From Opitutales bacterium (GTDB taxonomy: Bacteria; Verrucomicrobiota; Verrucomicrobiia; Opitutales; Coraliomargaritaceae), in the NCBI GenBank assembly GCA_049606355.1, contig JBMYVL010000004.1, forward strand, positions 1 through 32,000: a stretch of DNA of 32,000 nt, written 5' to 3'. The notes beneath the pieces were generated by a model. The model was not told where the DNA came from. It did not search any database and was given only the letters and a program-made list of their open reading frames with translations. Made by a program: the position numbers and the translations under genes. Of this stretch, positions 17,208-26,247 are shown in pieces. Numbering within the stretch: position 1 is the first letter of the stretch; each line of letters starts with the position of its first letter.

Positions 17208-17765
17208 TCAACCCTTTTTCGGGAGAATGACGCGACGGCGCGGGACCGTACGTGCCTTGTTTGCCTGCGGCTTTGGTGGTGCCGTCGGCAGCTTTAAATT
17301 CGGTGCTTGCGGCAGGTTGGTGGGGGCTGCTTTGACCACCGGTAGTGGATTCTCGTTGGCAGTTATCAGCGTAAGGTTTTCCGTACGGTTGTTGATGGTG
17401 ACGTCGACCGACATCGATGCGGCGTCGTAATCACGGGCCAGGATACCATTCGTCATCTGATTTTCAGTCACCCAGTAGCCTTTATTTTCCTTCTTGTTAA
17501 AAAGACTGAAGCGGTAGCGACCTTGTAATTGAATGATGCCGCGAAACTCCAGTTCGCGTGCAAGCGGGCCATTGCTCACAGCCGGTTTGGGCCGCGGCGC
17601 TACTTTTTTGATGCCGTAATCGGGAGGTAAAAAGGGACTTTTCTTCGCCAGCGTGCTGTCCGCCAGCGTTAGATTCGCGCATGCGAGCAGGGCGCTGAGC
17701 CCGATGCAGAGACGACGCAGTCCGATGCCGGTCGCTTTGGTTGCTGGGAGAGTCTGTAGTCGCAT
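17208..17765 (-). CDS. Lipoprotein, PilP / GspC-HR-like candidate (secretin-associated)
   Basis: Lipobox LLAC after a basic n-region. The central segment LEFRGIIQLQGRYRFSLFNKKENKGYWVTENQMTNGILARDYDAASMSVDVTINNRTENL has the pattern of PilP/GspC HR beta-domains. P/K-rich tail. It starts 5 nt after gspD. Confidence 0.5.
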   Translation of the reverse strand: MRLQTLPATKATGIGLRRLCIGLSALLACANLTLADSTLAKKSPFLPPDYGIKKVAPRPKPAVSNGPLARELEFRGIIQLQGRYRFSLFNKKENKGYWVTENQMTNGILARDYDAASMSVDVTINNRTENLTLITANENPLPVVKAAPTNLPQAPNLKLPTAPPKPQANKARTVPRRRVILPKKG

Positions 17766-17770
17766 GGCAA

Positions 17771-19891
17771 TCAGAGGGTGGCAGCACGGCGGGCGGCTTT
17801 TTCAGCGCGACGAGCGGCTTTTTCTTTCGCCTTGCGCTTCGCTTTATCTTCAAAGGCACTGCCGTCCATATAGATGTCTCCAGTGGTGCCGGTTTCGAGA
17901 TATTCCTGTACCGCCTCACTTTCTTTGAGGCGACCGATGGCTTCCTGGCTCATGCGGTTGGCTTCCTGAGGAGTTTTTAATATAGTTGGGCGAATAAAGA
18001 TAATCAGCTCCGTGCGCGTGTAGTTTACGGTTTCACCGCTGAGCACTTTCTTCAGCAGCGGTAAGCGGCCAATGAGGGGGAAGTAGGTATTGGATACATC
18101 CTTTTTATTTTCCTGCAGGCCACCGAGAATGATGACGTCGCCATCGTTTACTGTGATGGTCGAATTGGCCTCGCGCTTGCCGATAATGGGTTTGGTATTC
18201 ACGTCGCCGCTAGTCGTATCATCGACCGTTTGAACCGTGTCGATGGTTTGTTCGATTTGCAGCTGCACGGAGCCATCTGCACCGATGAGCGGGGTCGCGG
18301 TGAGCTTGATCCCCACATCGCGGTACTCCACCTGTGTTTGTACATTGCCAACGCTGGAGGTGAATGAGGTGGATCCCGTTTCAAAGGGCCGTGACTGACT
18401 GACATTGATCACGCCTTCTTCATTGTGGCTCACCACAATGGAGGGCGTGGAGAGGATTTTGATATTATTATCGTTTTCCGCGAGGTCCAGTACCGCATCT
18501 AAAGTGAAGCGTCCGAAGGTTGAGTATGCAGTGCTAGCGCCGCTCGTAGCAACTGCAGGTGTCAGCACACTGGAGGATAGCTCCGTGAGGCTACCGGTGA
18601 GTTGAGTCACTCCATCGGTGTATTTGAGATTGAAGCTCTTCAGGCCGCTGCCTTGGTCTTCATCTAGAGAGACTTCAGTGATGATTGCCTCGATGCGCAC
18701 CTGCGGTAGCGGGATATCAATTTTATCAATCAGCTCTTTGATGGTGCGCAGATCGCTCGGCGTGCCGTAGGCGACGATTGAGTTGGTGCGCTCATCCGCC
18801 GAGAGACCGACAAAGTTGGAGAATTGCAGGGCGCTGTTGGACTCGCCACCGCCGCTCGCTCCGGTTGCTTGTGTCACAGTCGGTAGTTGGGGTTGCAGCG
18901 GTTGAGTGGCAGTGCCGCCGCTCTGTTTTTCACGCGCGACTTTGGCATCTTCTTCACGACCTTCCTCTTGTCCCGAAATAATGTCTTCAATGATGGGGAC
19001 GACTTCTTCGGCTTTGGCTTGGCGAAGCTGAAAGACCTCGCTGCCAGTGAGTGGTGCAGCATCTACATCAACTTGTTCGACCACGTCCATGATCATCGCG
19101 ATGTTGCCTGGGTGGGTGACTACGATCAGTTGGTTGGTGCGCTCATCGGCCGTGATGCTCGTGTTGCCTTCAAGGTAGCTTTTCAGCGGGCCCTGGATCA
19201 GCCCTTCCAGCTGCTTTTTCATTTCGTTTGCTTGGATGAAGTTGAGCTTCACAAACTCCATCGTTTCGCGCAGCTCCTGTGCCTGGTCGGCTTCCGCGAT
19301 GACGGACTCAATGCGCTGCAGGTTGATCAGTGCATCGGTAATGAGCAGGGCGTTGGATTTAGGGAAGAGCACAAAGCTGGCACTTTGTGACAGCAGGGGC
19401 GCGATGATCGAGCTGCTCGCCTGCTCGGCATTCAAGTAATCAAAGTGAAACAGTTTGGCATATATTTGTTGGCTGGCGGCTAGCTCCAAGGTACTGCCCG
19501 CGAGCATTTCGGGCACGTGGCGATTCACCTCGGTGGCAGGCACGGCCTTCATGAAGCGGCCACCCATGTCAGTGAGCATGATGCCATTGAGCGTGAGTAA
19601 ACTTTCCAGTGCGAGTACGGCCTCACTTTGGGTGATGGAACCACGAGAGTTGAAGTTGATTTTTGCCGGTGCAATGTCCTGACGGCGCAGGATGATTTTG
19701 CCGGTCAATTGTTCCAGAAGATCGAGGACTTGCAGCGCGGATTCGTCGCTAAGGATGAGTGTGCCGATTTCGGCATCCGGAGCAGCCACTTCAGGCTCTA
19801 ACGGCAAGGGTCTGTTTTGCGCCTGTGCACTGAGTGCGAAGCTTAGGCTCAGGAGCGTTAAGACGGTGAGGGGTCGCAAAAGTGTCTTCAT
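17771..19891 (-). CDS. gspD: Type II secretion system secretin
   Basis: The ATG at 19891 gives the signal peptide MKTLLRPLTVLTLLSLSFALSAQA. N0 domain (LQVLDLLEQLTGKIIL...). Repeated N-domains with the ADERTN motif twice. C-terminal secretin core (IGKREANSTITVNDGDVIILGGL...PLLKKVL..TELIIFIRPTIL). Confidence 0.92.
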   Translation of the reverse strand: MKTLLRPLTVLTLLSLSFALSAQAQNRPLPLEPEVAAPDAEIGTLILSDESALQVLDLLEQLTGKIILRRQDIAPAKINFNSRGSITQSEAVLALESLLTLNGIMLTDMGGRFMKAVPATEVNRHVPEMLAGSTLELAASQQIYAKLFHFDYLNAEQASSSIIAPLLSQSASFVLFPKSNALLITDALINLQRIESVIAEADQAQELRETMEFVKLNFIQANEMKKQLEGLIQGPLKSYLEGNTSITADERTNQLIVVTHPGNIAMIMDVVEQVDVDAAPLTGSEVFQLRQAKAEEVVPIIEDIISGQEEGREEDAKVAREKQSGGTATQPLQPQLPTVTQATGASGGGESNSALQFSNFVGLSADERTNSIVAYGTPSDLRTIKELIDKIDIPLPQVRIEAIITEVSLDEDQGSGLKSFNLKYTDGVTQLTGSLTELSSSVLTPAVATSGASTAYSTFGRFTLDAVLDLAENDNNIKILSTPSIVVSHNEEGVINVSQSRPFETGSTSFTSSVGNVQTQVEYRDVGIKLTATPLIGADGSVQLQIEQTIDTVQTVDDTTSGDVNTKPIIGKREANSTITVNDGDVIILGGLQENKKDVSNTYFPLIGRLPLLKKVLSGETVNYTRTELIIFIRPTILKTPQEANRMSQEAIGRLKESEAVQEYLETGTTGDIYMDGSAFEDKAKRKAKEKAARRAEKAARRAATL

Positions 19892-19928
19892 GGTAAGTGC
19901 CGCGGGTCTGTAAAAAGATGCAATAGAA

Positions 19929-20486
19929 TTAAAGTGAAGATTCAATCAGTTCGAGCGAATTGATTTCATAGCGTACGTCGAGTTCCTCGGGTTTACTCCG
20001 GTTGGCTGCGATGCGAATGCTTTGTTGATTGATGTACGGGGTTTCCTTGCGCAACAAGCTGTTGAATTGAATGAGCTGTTCAATACTGATGCGTTTGAGA
20101 CGCACACGAATGGTGTGCTCACTGAAGACTTCACCTTCACGTGATTTGACCGGATCGAGATCGGCTTTGCCGGATAGCTGGCTCTGCCGCACGAGTTTAT
20201 CAATTTGCCCCGATAATTGCGTGGCGTTGTAGGTGCGTGATGGGTCGAGGCGCTGCTTCGCTTGAGCCGCACCCGCAGCGTAGTCCTCCGCTCGATCGAG
20301 CCAGAGCTGCTGGGTCTGTAGCGTGGCGGTTGCATCTTTCCGCGCACTGAACCACTCGCGGTAACGCCCCCAGCAACTGCCCGTCCAGATACTCAGCATG
20401 ACGACAATGAAAAGCAGCGCGAGGAACTGCTCGCGCAGCGACATGCGCTTAAATAGGCGTTTTAACGACTGTAGTTGCGCGTTCAT
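19929..20486 (-). CDS. GspM / PilO-like bitopic inner-membrane assembly protein
   Basis: Short basic N-terminus, a single TM helix (FLALLFIVVMLSIWTG), a coiled segment and a small alpha/beta C-domain. ATGA overlap with the upstream GspL-like gene. Assignment is by topology and position. Confidence 0.55.
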   Translation of the reverse strand: MNAQLQSLKRLFKRMSLREQFLALLFIVVMLSIWTGSCWGRYREWFSARKDATATLQTQQLWLDRAEDYAAGAAQAKQRLDPSRTYNATQLSGQIDKLVRQSQLSGKADLDPVKSREGEVFSEHTIRVRLKRISIEQLIQFNSLLRKETPYINQQSIRIAANRSKPEELDVRYEINSLELIESSL

Positions 20487-21637
20487 TTGGAACGTTGCGT
20501 GGTTGCCGGTGCTTCGTCTGGGCGGTAAGCCAAGGTGACGGTAAAGCTCGTCTTGCCGGAGCGGGTGAGAGACTTTGGATCTGAGGTAAGGACAAAGCGA
20601 CCGGATTTTTTCAGGGTGTCGGTGTAGCTATTCAGTTCGTTGATTGCCTGAGCCACACCTTCAATGGTGATGTGATTTTCGATGTCGGTCGTTGTACTGG
20701 TAAAATAAATACCTCTGGGGCGCACCGTGTTGAGCGCTTCGAGTATGGCGATCGGCCGGACTTCATTTTGGAAGACTTGCTCGAGTTTACTGATCAAACT
20801 GCGCTGCTCCTCTATCTTCGCAACTGGGGCAGTTTGTTCGCTGATGCGCGCCTGCTTGGCGGAGAGCCATGCCTGCCCACCAAGCAAGATACCTTCGAGG
20901 ACCAACAGGCCGATGGCCACTAGCGCAGCCCAAACGGTGCTACGGCCAAGTCGCTCGCTCATCTGCCGTTTGCTGCGCTCGCTCTCTTTGAAGGCGGTGC
21001 TGCGCACATCCGCGCGCCACATGCTCGCTTCATCAGGGCTATAGGTGCGCGTCGCGGGGAGTTCGGGATTCGAATCGCTCGCAGCAACAGTCGAAAAGCT
21101 AAAGGTCGGCAGTCCCGCTTCGCTCAAGTCAATCCCAGTCGGTGTGAGTTGGCAGGAGGCGATGGCGGTGGCCGGGTGGGCGCCGACTTTACCCGTACGT
21201 TCGTGTGCGTAGCTCTGCACCTGTTGAGGGATTCGATCTGCACTTGCGTACTTTACTACGGAATGGCTTTGCGCGGTTTCGAGCACTAGCTCGGTGGCGT
21301 CCGCGAAATGAATGTCGCCGACCGCTGCGAAGTCAGGCAGCACCCACAGGTAAGTTTCTAAATGAGTAAAGCCGCATTGCTTGAGGCGATCACGATGCGT
21401 GGCGAAGAGAAAAAGGCCGCGCGCGTCCGCATCCATCTGGTAGCCCCAGTTTAATTGTTCAAGTGGGAAGGGCGAGGCGGCCTCCATGCTGAGTTCAGCA
21501 AAGGCATCGATTTCGTTGTCGGCAACTTCCTTGGGTACCTCGAGACGCTCCGTGTAGAACAAGTGTCCGGGGAGCACCAGCACCTGTGGCTGCGCTCCTT
21601 GAACTGACTCCGGTGGAATGGCGTGGCTAGATTTCAC
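20483..21637 (-). CDS. GspL-like (PilM/PilN-type fused) inner-membrane assembly protein
   Basis: About 240-aa cytoplasmic domain, one TM helix (VWAALVAIGLLVLEGILLGG) and a ~110-aa periplasmic ferredoxin-like domain. It sits between gspK and the GspM-like gene. Confidence 0.6.
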   Translation of the reverse strand: MKSSHAIPPESVQGAQPQVLVLPGHLFYTERLEVPKEVADNEIDAFAELSMEAASPFPLEQLNWGYQMDADARGLFLFATHRDRLKQCGFTHLETYLWVLPDFAAVGDIHFADATELVLETAQSHSVVKYASADRIPQQVQSYAHERTGKVGAHPATAIASCQLTPTGIDLSEAGLPTFSFSTVAASDSNPELPATRTYSPDEASMWRADVRSTAFKESERSKRQMSERLGRSTVWAALVAIGLLVLEGILLGGQAWLSAKQARISEQTAPVAKIEEQRSLISKLEQVFQNEVRPIAILEALNTVRPRGIYFTSTTTDIENHITIEGVAQAINELNSYTDTLKKSGRFVLTSDPKSLTRSGKTSFTVTLAYRPDEAPATTQRSK

Positions 21638-21674
21638 AAAATTTTGAGGATGGTAGCTCTAGTGAACGGCTTTC

Positions 21675-22781
21675 CTAGTCAATGTCTACAGCCGAATAAC
21701 GTGCGGGGACTAAGGCTGCGGACCCAGATTCGTGCTCAGTGAGGTGTAAAATATTGAAAGGGTATTGAATCGCTTCCTGTTCTGCTTGGGTGCCGTTTTT
21801 GCGGCTCGTGTCTGACGGTCGACCCGGAAGGCTGGCGGAAGCAGTTTTCCCTTCCTTAATAAAGTTGGGCTCAACGAGAGCACTGATCGTAAACGGCACG
21901 GTTCCACGGGTCACCTTGACCGTGACACGCAGTAAGCTGATTTCAGTAGCGAACAGCTCGCTATCCAAGAATACCGGTAACTGTTCAAACCAAGGCCGAT
22001 CCAAGAGTTGATCGAAAACTCGATCCACGTCCCAATCCTGATTTTCGGAGAGTGCTTCGAGTAACTCAGTGGGGGCGGCATTGATGTTGATCGGTCCGGT
22101 AATCGCCACCGAGAAGAGTGTGGCGAGCTGCTGAAAACGTTCGTTGGGCAAACCGGATGCATCGAAGAACTCATCCTGCCATACTTTGAGCAGACGTAAT
22201 TCTTCGAGTGATTGCAGCGGTCCGTTTGCGGCTCGGTAAGCCGGGTCTTCATCGAGGTAGTCGTCGCTTTCCGCTCCATTGAGGCGTCGGCTGTCATCGC
22301 TGTCGAGCCAGTCGGCTAGGGTGCTGCTCAGCTGGCGCGTAGTGCCGTAATCAAAGTCAAAACTGTCTTCAAGGATGCGATTCAGGCTGGCTTCACCGAT
22401 CGTATTGAGAGGCAATTGGGTGCTTTCATCCTGAATCTGAATGTCCACCGACCATCCCTTGGGTGGCGTGTGCTGCGTGTAATCAAGAGGATTTCCCCAG
22501 CCCTGCTCGGCAGCATACAGCTGGCCGCCGTCGATGAGAGCGACTTCGTGCACGGTCGCCAATGCCAGCTCGAGCATACTGTACGCATAGGCACGCACCT
22601 CAGGGCCTTGGTTGAAGAGACTGCGATACTCTAAATCTTCGACTGCTTCATCGACAAATCGTGTAACGAGGAAGGAGAGTAGAGCAATCACAGCAAGCAC
22701 GGCAACCAGGACACTGCCTTGTCGGTGGCAGCGCTCGGTCGCGCGAGGCAGGGTGCGATTGGGATGCAGTCGTTCAGTCAC
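21675..22781 (-). CDS. gspK: Type II secretion minor pseudopilin GspK
   Basis: N-terminal hydrophobic helix without Glu+5 (GSVLVAVLAVIALLSFL), which is typical of GspK. Helix-hairpin-helix motif NINAAPTELLEAL. Size of 368 aa. Confidence 0.75.
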   Translation of the reverse strand: MTERLHPNRTLPRATERCHRQGSVLVAVLAVIALLSFLVTRFVDEAVEDLEYRSLFNQGPEVRAYAYSMLELALATVHEVALIDGGQLYAAEQGWGNPLDYTQHTPPKGWSVDIQIQDESTQLPLNTIGEASLNRILEDSFDFDYGTTRQLSSTLADWLDSDDSRRLNGAESDDYLDEDPAYRAANGPLQSLEELRLLKVWQDEFFDASGLPNERFQQLATLFSVAITGPININAAPTELLEALSENQDWDVDRVFDQLLDRPWFEQLPVFLDSELFATEISLLRVTVKVTRGTVPFTISALVEPNFIKEGKTASASLPGRPSDTSRKNGTQAEQEAIQYPFNILHLTEHESGSAALVPARYSAVDID

Positions 22782-22786
22782 GGGCC

Positions 22787-23644
22787 TTAAAAGAGCAGCG
22801 CATGGCGCGATCGGATGGGTATTGTCAGGGTGCGGATTTGAGTTTCACCGTCATAGACAAAGGTGAGCTGTATCGCACGAGGTAAGAGATAGTCGCCATC
22901 AGGACCTTCGTCATCTTCTTTAGGGGAGGCTTCTGTCTCCCATTGCTCAAAGCGCTCATCCCAATAAAGGTACTCCAGTTGTTGCACATAGGGACTGATC
23001 GGGGTCCGCTGTAGGTCTTCGACTGCTTCGCTTTCTTCTTGCAGGAGGGAGTACCAGATCAGACTCAATCCCTCGGTTTTGGTGAAATGCAGGTAGACCT
23101 CAACCTGAGTGTGGTCGGGCAGTTCTCCCTCGGTGACAAAGAGCGGCGGCTTTTGATTGAGTTTAAAGTATAGCAGCGGGGCTTCGTAATCAGCGGATCC
23201 AGGGAGTCGCTGCCACTGTAGGGGCGCGGCTTGCGTTTGCCGGAGGCTGCGCTTGCTCGCCGTTGGGCCGCCTGTGTTCATTGTTGCTGCGACATTCATG
23301 CGACTATTATCGGCGCTTGCCGTGCGGTTGGCATCAGGCGCATTACCGGAGTTCGTGGCGGCTGCATCGGAATCACTCTCTGCCAATGCGATCGAAGATC
23401 CGGCAGTTTGCAGGGCGCTACGGAGAAATTCAGTGACGCCATCCACATGATCTTCGAAAAAATGGCGCTGCGTCCGATCACTCCAGATGCTGCTGACTGA
23501 AACCACAAAAGAGGTGGCCGCGGTGAGTAGAAAGCCGGCAACCGCCAGTGCCAGTACGACTTCGATCAGTGTCATGCCCGATCGGGAGCAAGCGCTGCGC
23601 GTTGAAGTGACGTACGATCGTCGATGGTTGAGGTGGGGCGGCAT
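22787..23644 (-). CDS. gspJ: Type II secretion minor pseudopilin, GspJ-like
   Basis: Prepilin N-terminal motif G/MTLIEVVLALAVAGFLL with Glu+5. Its position between I and K and its larger size (285 aa) fit GspJ. Confidence 0.65.
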   Translation of the reverse strand: MPPHLNHRRSYVTSTRSACSRSGMTLIEVVLALAVAGFLLTAATSFVVSVSSIWSDRTQRHFFEDHVDGVTEFLRSALQTAGSSIALAESDSDAAATNSGNAPDANRTASADNSRMNVAATMNTGGPTASKRSLRQTQAAPLQWQRLPGSADYEAPLLYFKLNQKPPLFVTEGELPDHTQVEVYLHFTKTEGLSLIWYSLLQEESEAVEDLQRTPISPYVQQLEYLYWDERFEQWETEASPKEDDEGPDGDYLLPRAIQLTFVYDGETQIRTLTIPIRSRHALLF

Positions 23645-24120
23645 TATTCGAAGTCGCGGGAGCGCAGCAGTTCACTGCGCTTGCTTTCCAACAAGTCGGA
23701 GCGTTCATCGCTTTCCGACCATGTGGGGCGTAGTAGGTAGAGAGACTCTTGGTAATTGGGCTCAGTTCCTTCGAGGGGATCCTTGAACTCAATTTCTAAA
23801 GTGGCTTGAAACAGATCCACGACCTCGGTGGCTCTGATCTCGCTGCGCCAGCTTGCCGTGCCGGAGTGCAGGGTTTCCATCTCGCCGCCGTCTTCCGCAT
23901 CGTCGCGATTCGGTTCGAGGAGTAACTGCAGGCGCACCGCGCGAATGTCGTCGATACGCAGCGCATTGGTCTGGCCGTGCTGGCGTGCGAGCAGTGCGTT
24001 CACGAAGGCCGAGGTGAGCACCACGGATGCAGTGGCAAACAGTGCGACGGCGACCACGACCTCGATTAAGGAAAAGCCGTGCTCACGAATGGAGGGCGAC
24101 GGTGCGGGTCGGCGGCTCAT
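23644..24120 (-). CDS. gspI: Type II secretion minor pseudopilin, GspI-like
   Basis: Prepilin motif G/FSLIEVVVAVALFA. Small size (158 aa). Its coding region overlaps those of the flanking genes by 4 nt (with gspH) and 1 nt (with gspJ). Confidence 0.7.
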   Translation of the reverse strand: MSRRPAPSPSIREHGFSLIEVVVAVALFATASVVLTSAFVNALLARQHGQTNALRIDDIRAVRLQLLLEPNRDDAEDGGEMETLHSGTASWRSEIRATEVVDLFQATLEIEFKDPLEGTEPNYQESLYLLRPTWSESDERSDLLESKRSELLRSRDFE

Positions 24121-24647
24121 GGGGTTGGCGCTCTTTGTAGGCTGGAAAAAGGATCGTAGACCAGTCGCAGTGGCGCACCTTGGCCCTCGTCGATTTCAAT
24201 CACGAAGGGGGTCGAACTACGATCCGGTGCAAATTCAATGGCAGTGATTTCGTGGCGTGTGCGTTCAGGCTCGGGCAAGGGCGCGGAACCCTTGCCTGCC
24301 GGTACTGCATAAAAGTTGATACTGCCACGGCCGCTGCGGCCGAATGTCTCAGCTAATTCGAATGTGACGCTTTCCAGGGCAGGGCTGCTCAAGATCAATT
24401 GTGCGGGGTCTTTGATCGTGCGCAGTGACACCACGGACCCCGAACTGGCGGCAAGGTAGCGCCCTTTGCGAATCGCAGCGTGCACGGTTTCCTTTGTGTC
24501 GAGGCTGCCATCTCGGTCGGCAAAGGCGGCGAAGTTGTAGATCACAATGCTACCTGCAACCGCGACCAAGGCCAGCACGAGGAGAATCTCTATCAAGCTG
24601 AACCCGCTTGATGGATGCTCCCGCTTATTTCCAATTGCCGATATCAT
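24117..24647 (-). CDS. gspH: Type II secretion minor pseudopilin, GspH-like
   Basis: Prepilin motif [16 protein letters not shown]. The ATG at 24647 ([16 protein letters not shown]...) is more plausible than the track start at 24704. It follows gspG directly. Confidence 0.7.
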   Translation of the reverse strand: MISAIGNKREHPSSGFSLIEILLVLALVAVAGSIVIYNFAAFADRDGSLDTKETVHAAIRKGRYLAASSGSVVSLRTIKDPAQLILSSPALESVTFELAETFGRSGRGSINFYAVPAGKGSAPLPEPERTRHEITAIEFAPDRSSTPFVIEIDEGQGAPLRLVYDPFSSLQRAPTP

Positions 24648-25077
24648 CGGCGCTTTCAGTGCCGTCCGGACCCAGTGACCAAACGTCGTACCCACTGCTA
24701 CCATTTACATTTTTAGATCCCGGAAAACGATACTGGTATGGATTGCCCCAGGGGTCGGTTGGCAGTTCTTCAATGTAGGGCTTCTTCCAACTTCCCGATT
24801 TGTTTGCCGGTGCCTGAATCAATGCTTGCAGCCCTTCCGCAGTGCTGGGGTAGCTTCCAATATCAATTTTATACGCAGTCAGCGGAATCTTGAGCGATTG
24901 AGTGACGAAAATTTTCGCTGCTTTTTCCTGCTGCCCGCCAAAAATACCACCGATGTTACTGATGGCGAGTCCGGCGATGACGGCAATCAGGGCGATGACG
25001 ATCAGGATTTCAATCAAACTGAAACCACTTTTTGAAGCGTTGTGTCGGGTGAGGCGTTGGGCGTTGGGCTGTCGCAT
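24625..25077 (-). CDS. gspG: Type II secretion major pseudopilin
   Basis: [20 protein letters not shown], then the GspG-specific core [18 protein letters not shown]...[21 protein letters not shown]...[10 protein letters not shown]...DDIGNW. Confidence 0.93.
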   Translation of the reverse strand: MRQPNAQRLTRHNASKSGFSLIEILIVIALIAVIAGLAISNIGGIFGGQQEKAAKIFVTQSLKIPLTAYKIDIGSYPSTAEGLQALIQAPANKSGSWKKPYIEELPTDPWGNPYQYRFPGSKNVNGSSGYDVWSLGPDGTESADDIGNWK

Positions 25078-25323
25078 AGTTTGGAGGGGTTAGATAAATC
25101 GCAGCGTACAAGTAGTGCTGCTACTCTAGATGGGCAAGACTACAATTGCCGCTTCTTTGTCTCGCGCGAAAAACTGTAGATCGTGCAGCCGCATCCAATG
25201 GCGGAATGTTGCGGGGGTTTGACAGTTTAGGGAATCCGATTTGAGTCGCAGTCTCGAAGACGAATAGACTTGCCCTGCGGATAGCCGTGGGACATCTCGT
25301 TGTGCTTTTAATAACAAGGTCTT

Positions 25324-25731
25324 ATGGAAGAAACTCTGATTATACTGAAACCCGATTGCATGGAGCAGCGTATCGCTGGCGAAGTCATCAGTCGATTTGA
25401 GAAGGCTGGCTTCGCGATCGTCGCGGCCAAAGTGATGCAGCTGGACGCAGCGATCCTTCGAGAGCACTACGCGCACGTCGCGGATCTTCCCTTCTTCCCT
25501 GAAATCGAGGCCTTTATGAGCTCTCTACCTGTCATGCCAATGGTACTGCGGGGTGAGGGAGTCATTGCCAAGGTACGCGATCTCCTCGGGCCTACTAATT
25601 CAAAGGAAGCGCCGGCGGGCACGATTCGTGGCGATTTGGGCACCGATATGATGCGCAATGTCGTACATGCTTCGGATGGTCCGGAAACCGCAGCGGCGGA
25701 AAAGAAACGCTTTTTCCCAGAGCTTTATTAA
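25324..25731 (+). CDS. ndk: Nucleoside diphosphate kinase
   Basis: ETLIILKPD, the GPTN...APGTIRGD motif and the active-site NVVHASD. Confidence 0.95.
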   Translation: MEETLIILKPDCMEQRIAGEVISRFEKAGFAIVAAKVMQLDAAILREHYAHVADLPFFPEIEAFMSSLPVMPMVLRGEGVIAKVRDLLGPTNSKEAPAGTIRGDLGTDMMRNVVHASDGPETAAAEKKRFFPELY

Positions 25732-26211
25732 GTGGTGAAAGTACGTACCGGACTGGGACTGGATAGTCATCGCTTTGTTGAGGGTGCGTCAGACCGTCCG
25801 TTGGTGCTTGGGGGGCTCATTTTCGAGGATGCGCCTGCGCTTGCTGGGAACAGTGATGCCGACGTGATATTACATGCCTTGACTGATGCGATAAGCGGAG
25901 TCACTGGGCGTACGGTAATTGGTGCGGTGGCAGATGCCATGTGCCGAGAGGGAATCACTGACAGTCGTGCCTACCTAAAGGTGGCGCTGGCGGATTTGGG
26001 GGCTTGGCAACTATCACATGTGTCGATCGCCCTGGAGTGTCAGCGACCTAAAATAGATCCGAAGGTGCCGGCACTGCGGGCATCGATAGCCGACTTACTC
26101 AGTCTTCCCGTCGATGCGGTCTGCATCACCGCAACCAGTGGTGAAGCCTTGAGTGATGTGGGGCGCGGCCTCGGTATTCACGCGTCGGTCATCGTGACCG
26201 CACTCGCTTGA
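25732..26211 (+). CDS. ispF: 2-C-methyl-D-erythritol 2,4-cyclodiphosphate synthase
   Basis: The GTG start directly abuts the ndk stop (TAA-GTG). Motifs GLGLDSHRF, SDADVILHALTDA and the ITATSGE..G loop. Confidence 0.92.
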   Translation: MVKVRTGLGLDSHRFVEGASDRPLVLGGLIFEDAPALAGNSDADVILHALTDAISGVTGRTVIGAVADAMCREGITDSRAYLKVALADLGAWQLSHVSIALECQRPKIDPKVPALRASIADLLSLPVDAVCITATSGEALSDVGRGLGIHASVIVTALA

Positions 26212-26247
26212 GCCTTTTTTAGCCCGGAGTCCGACGAGCCGTGACTG

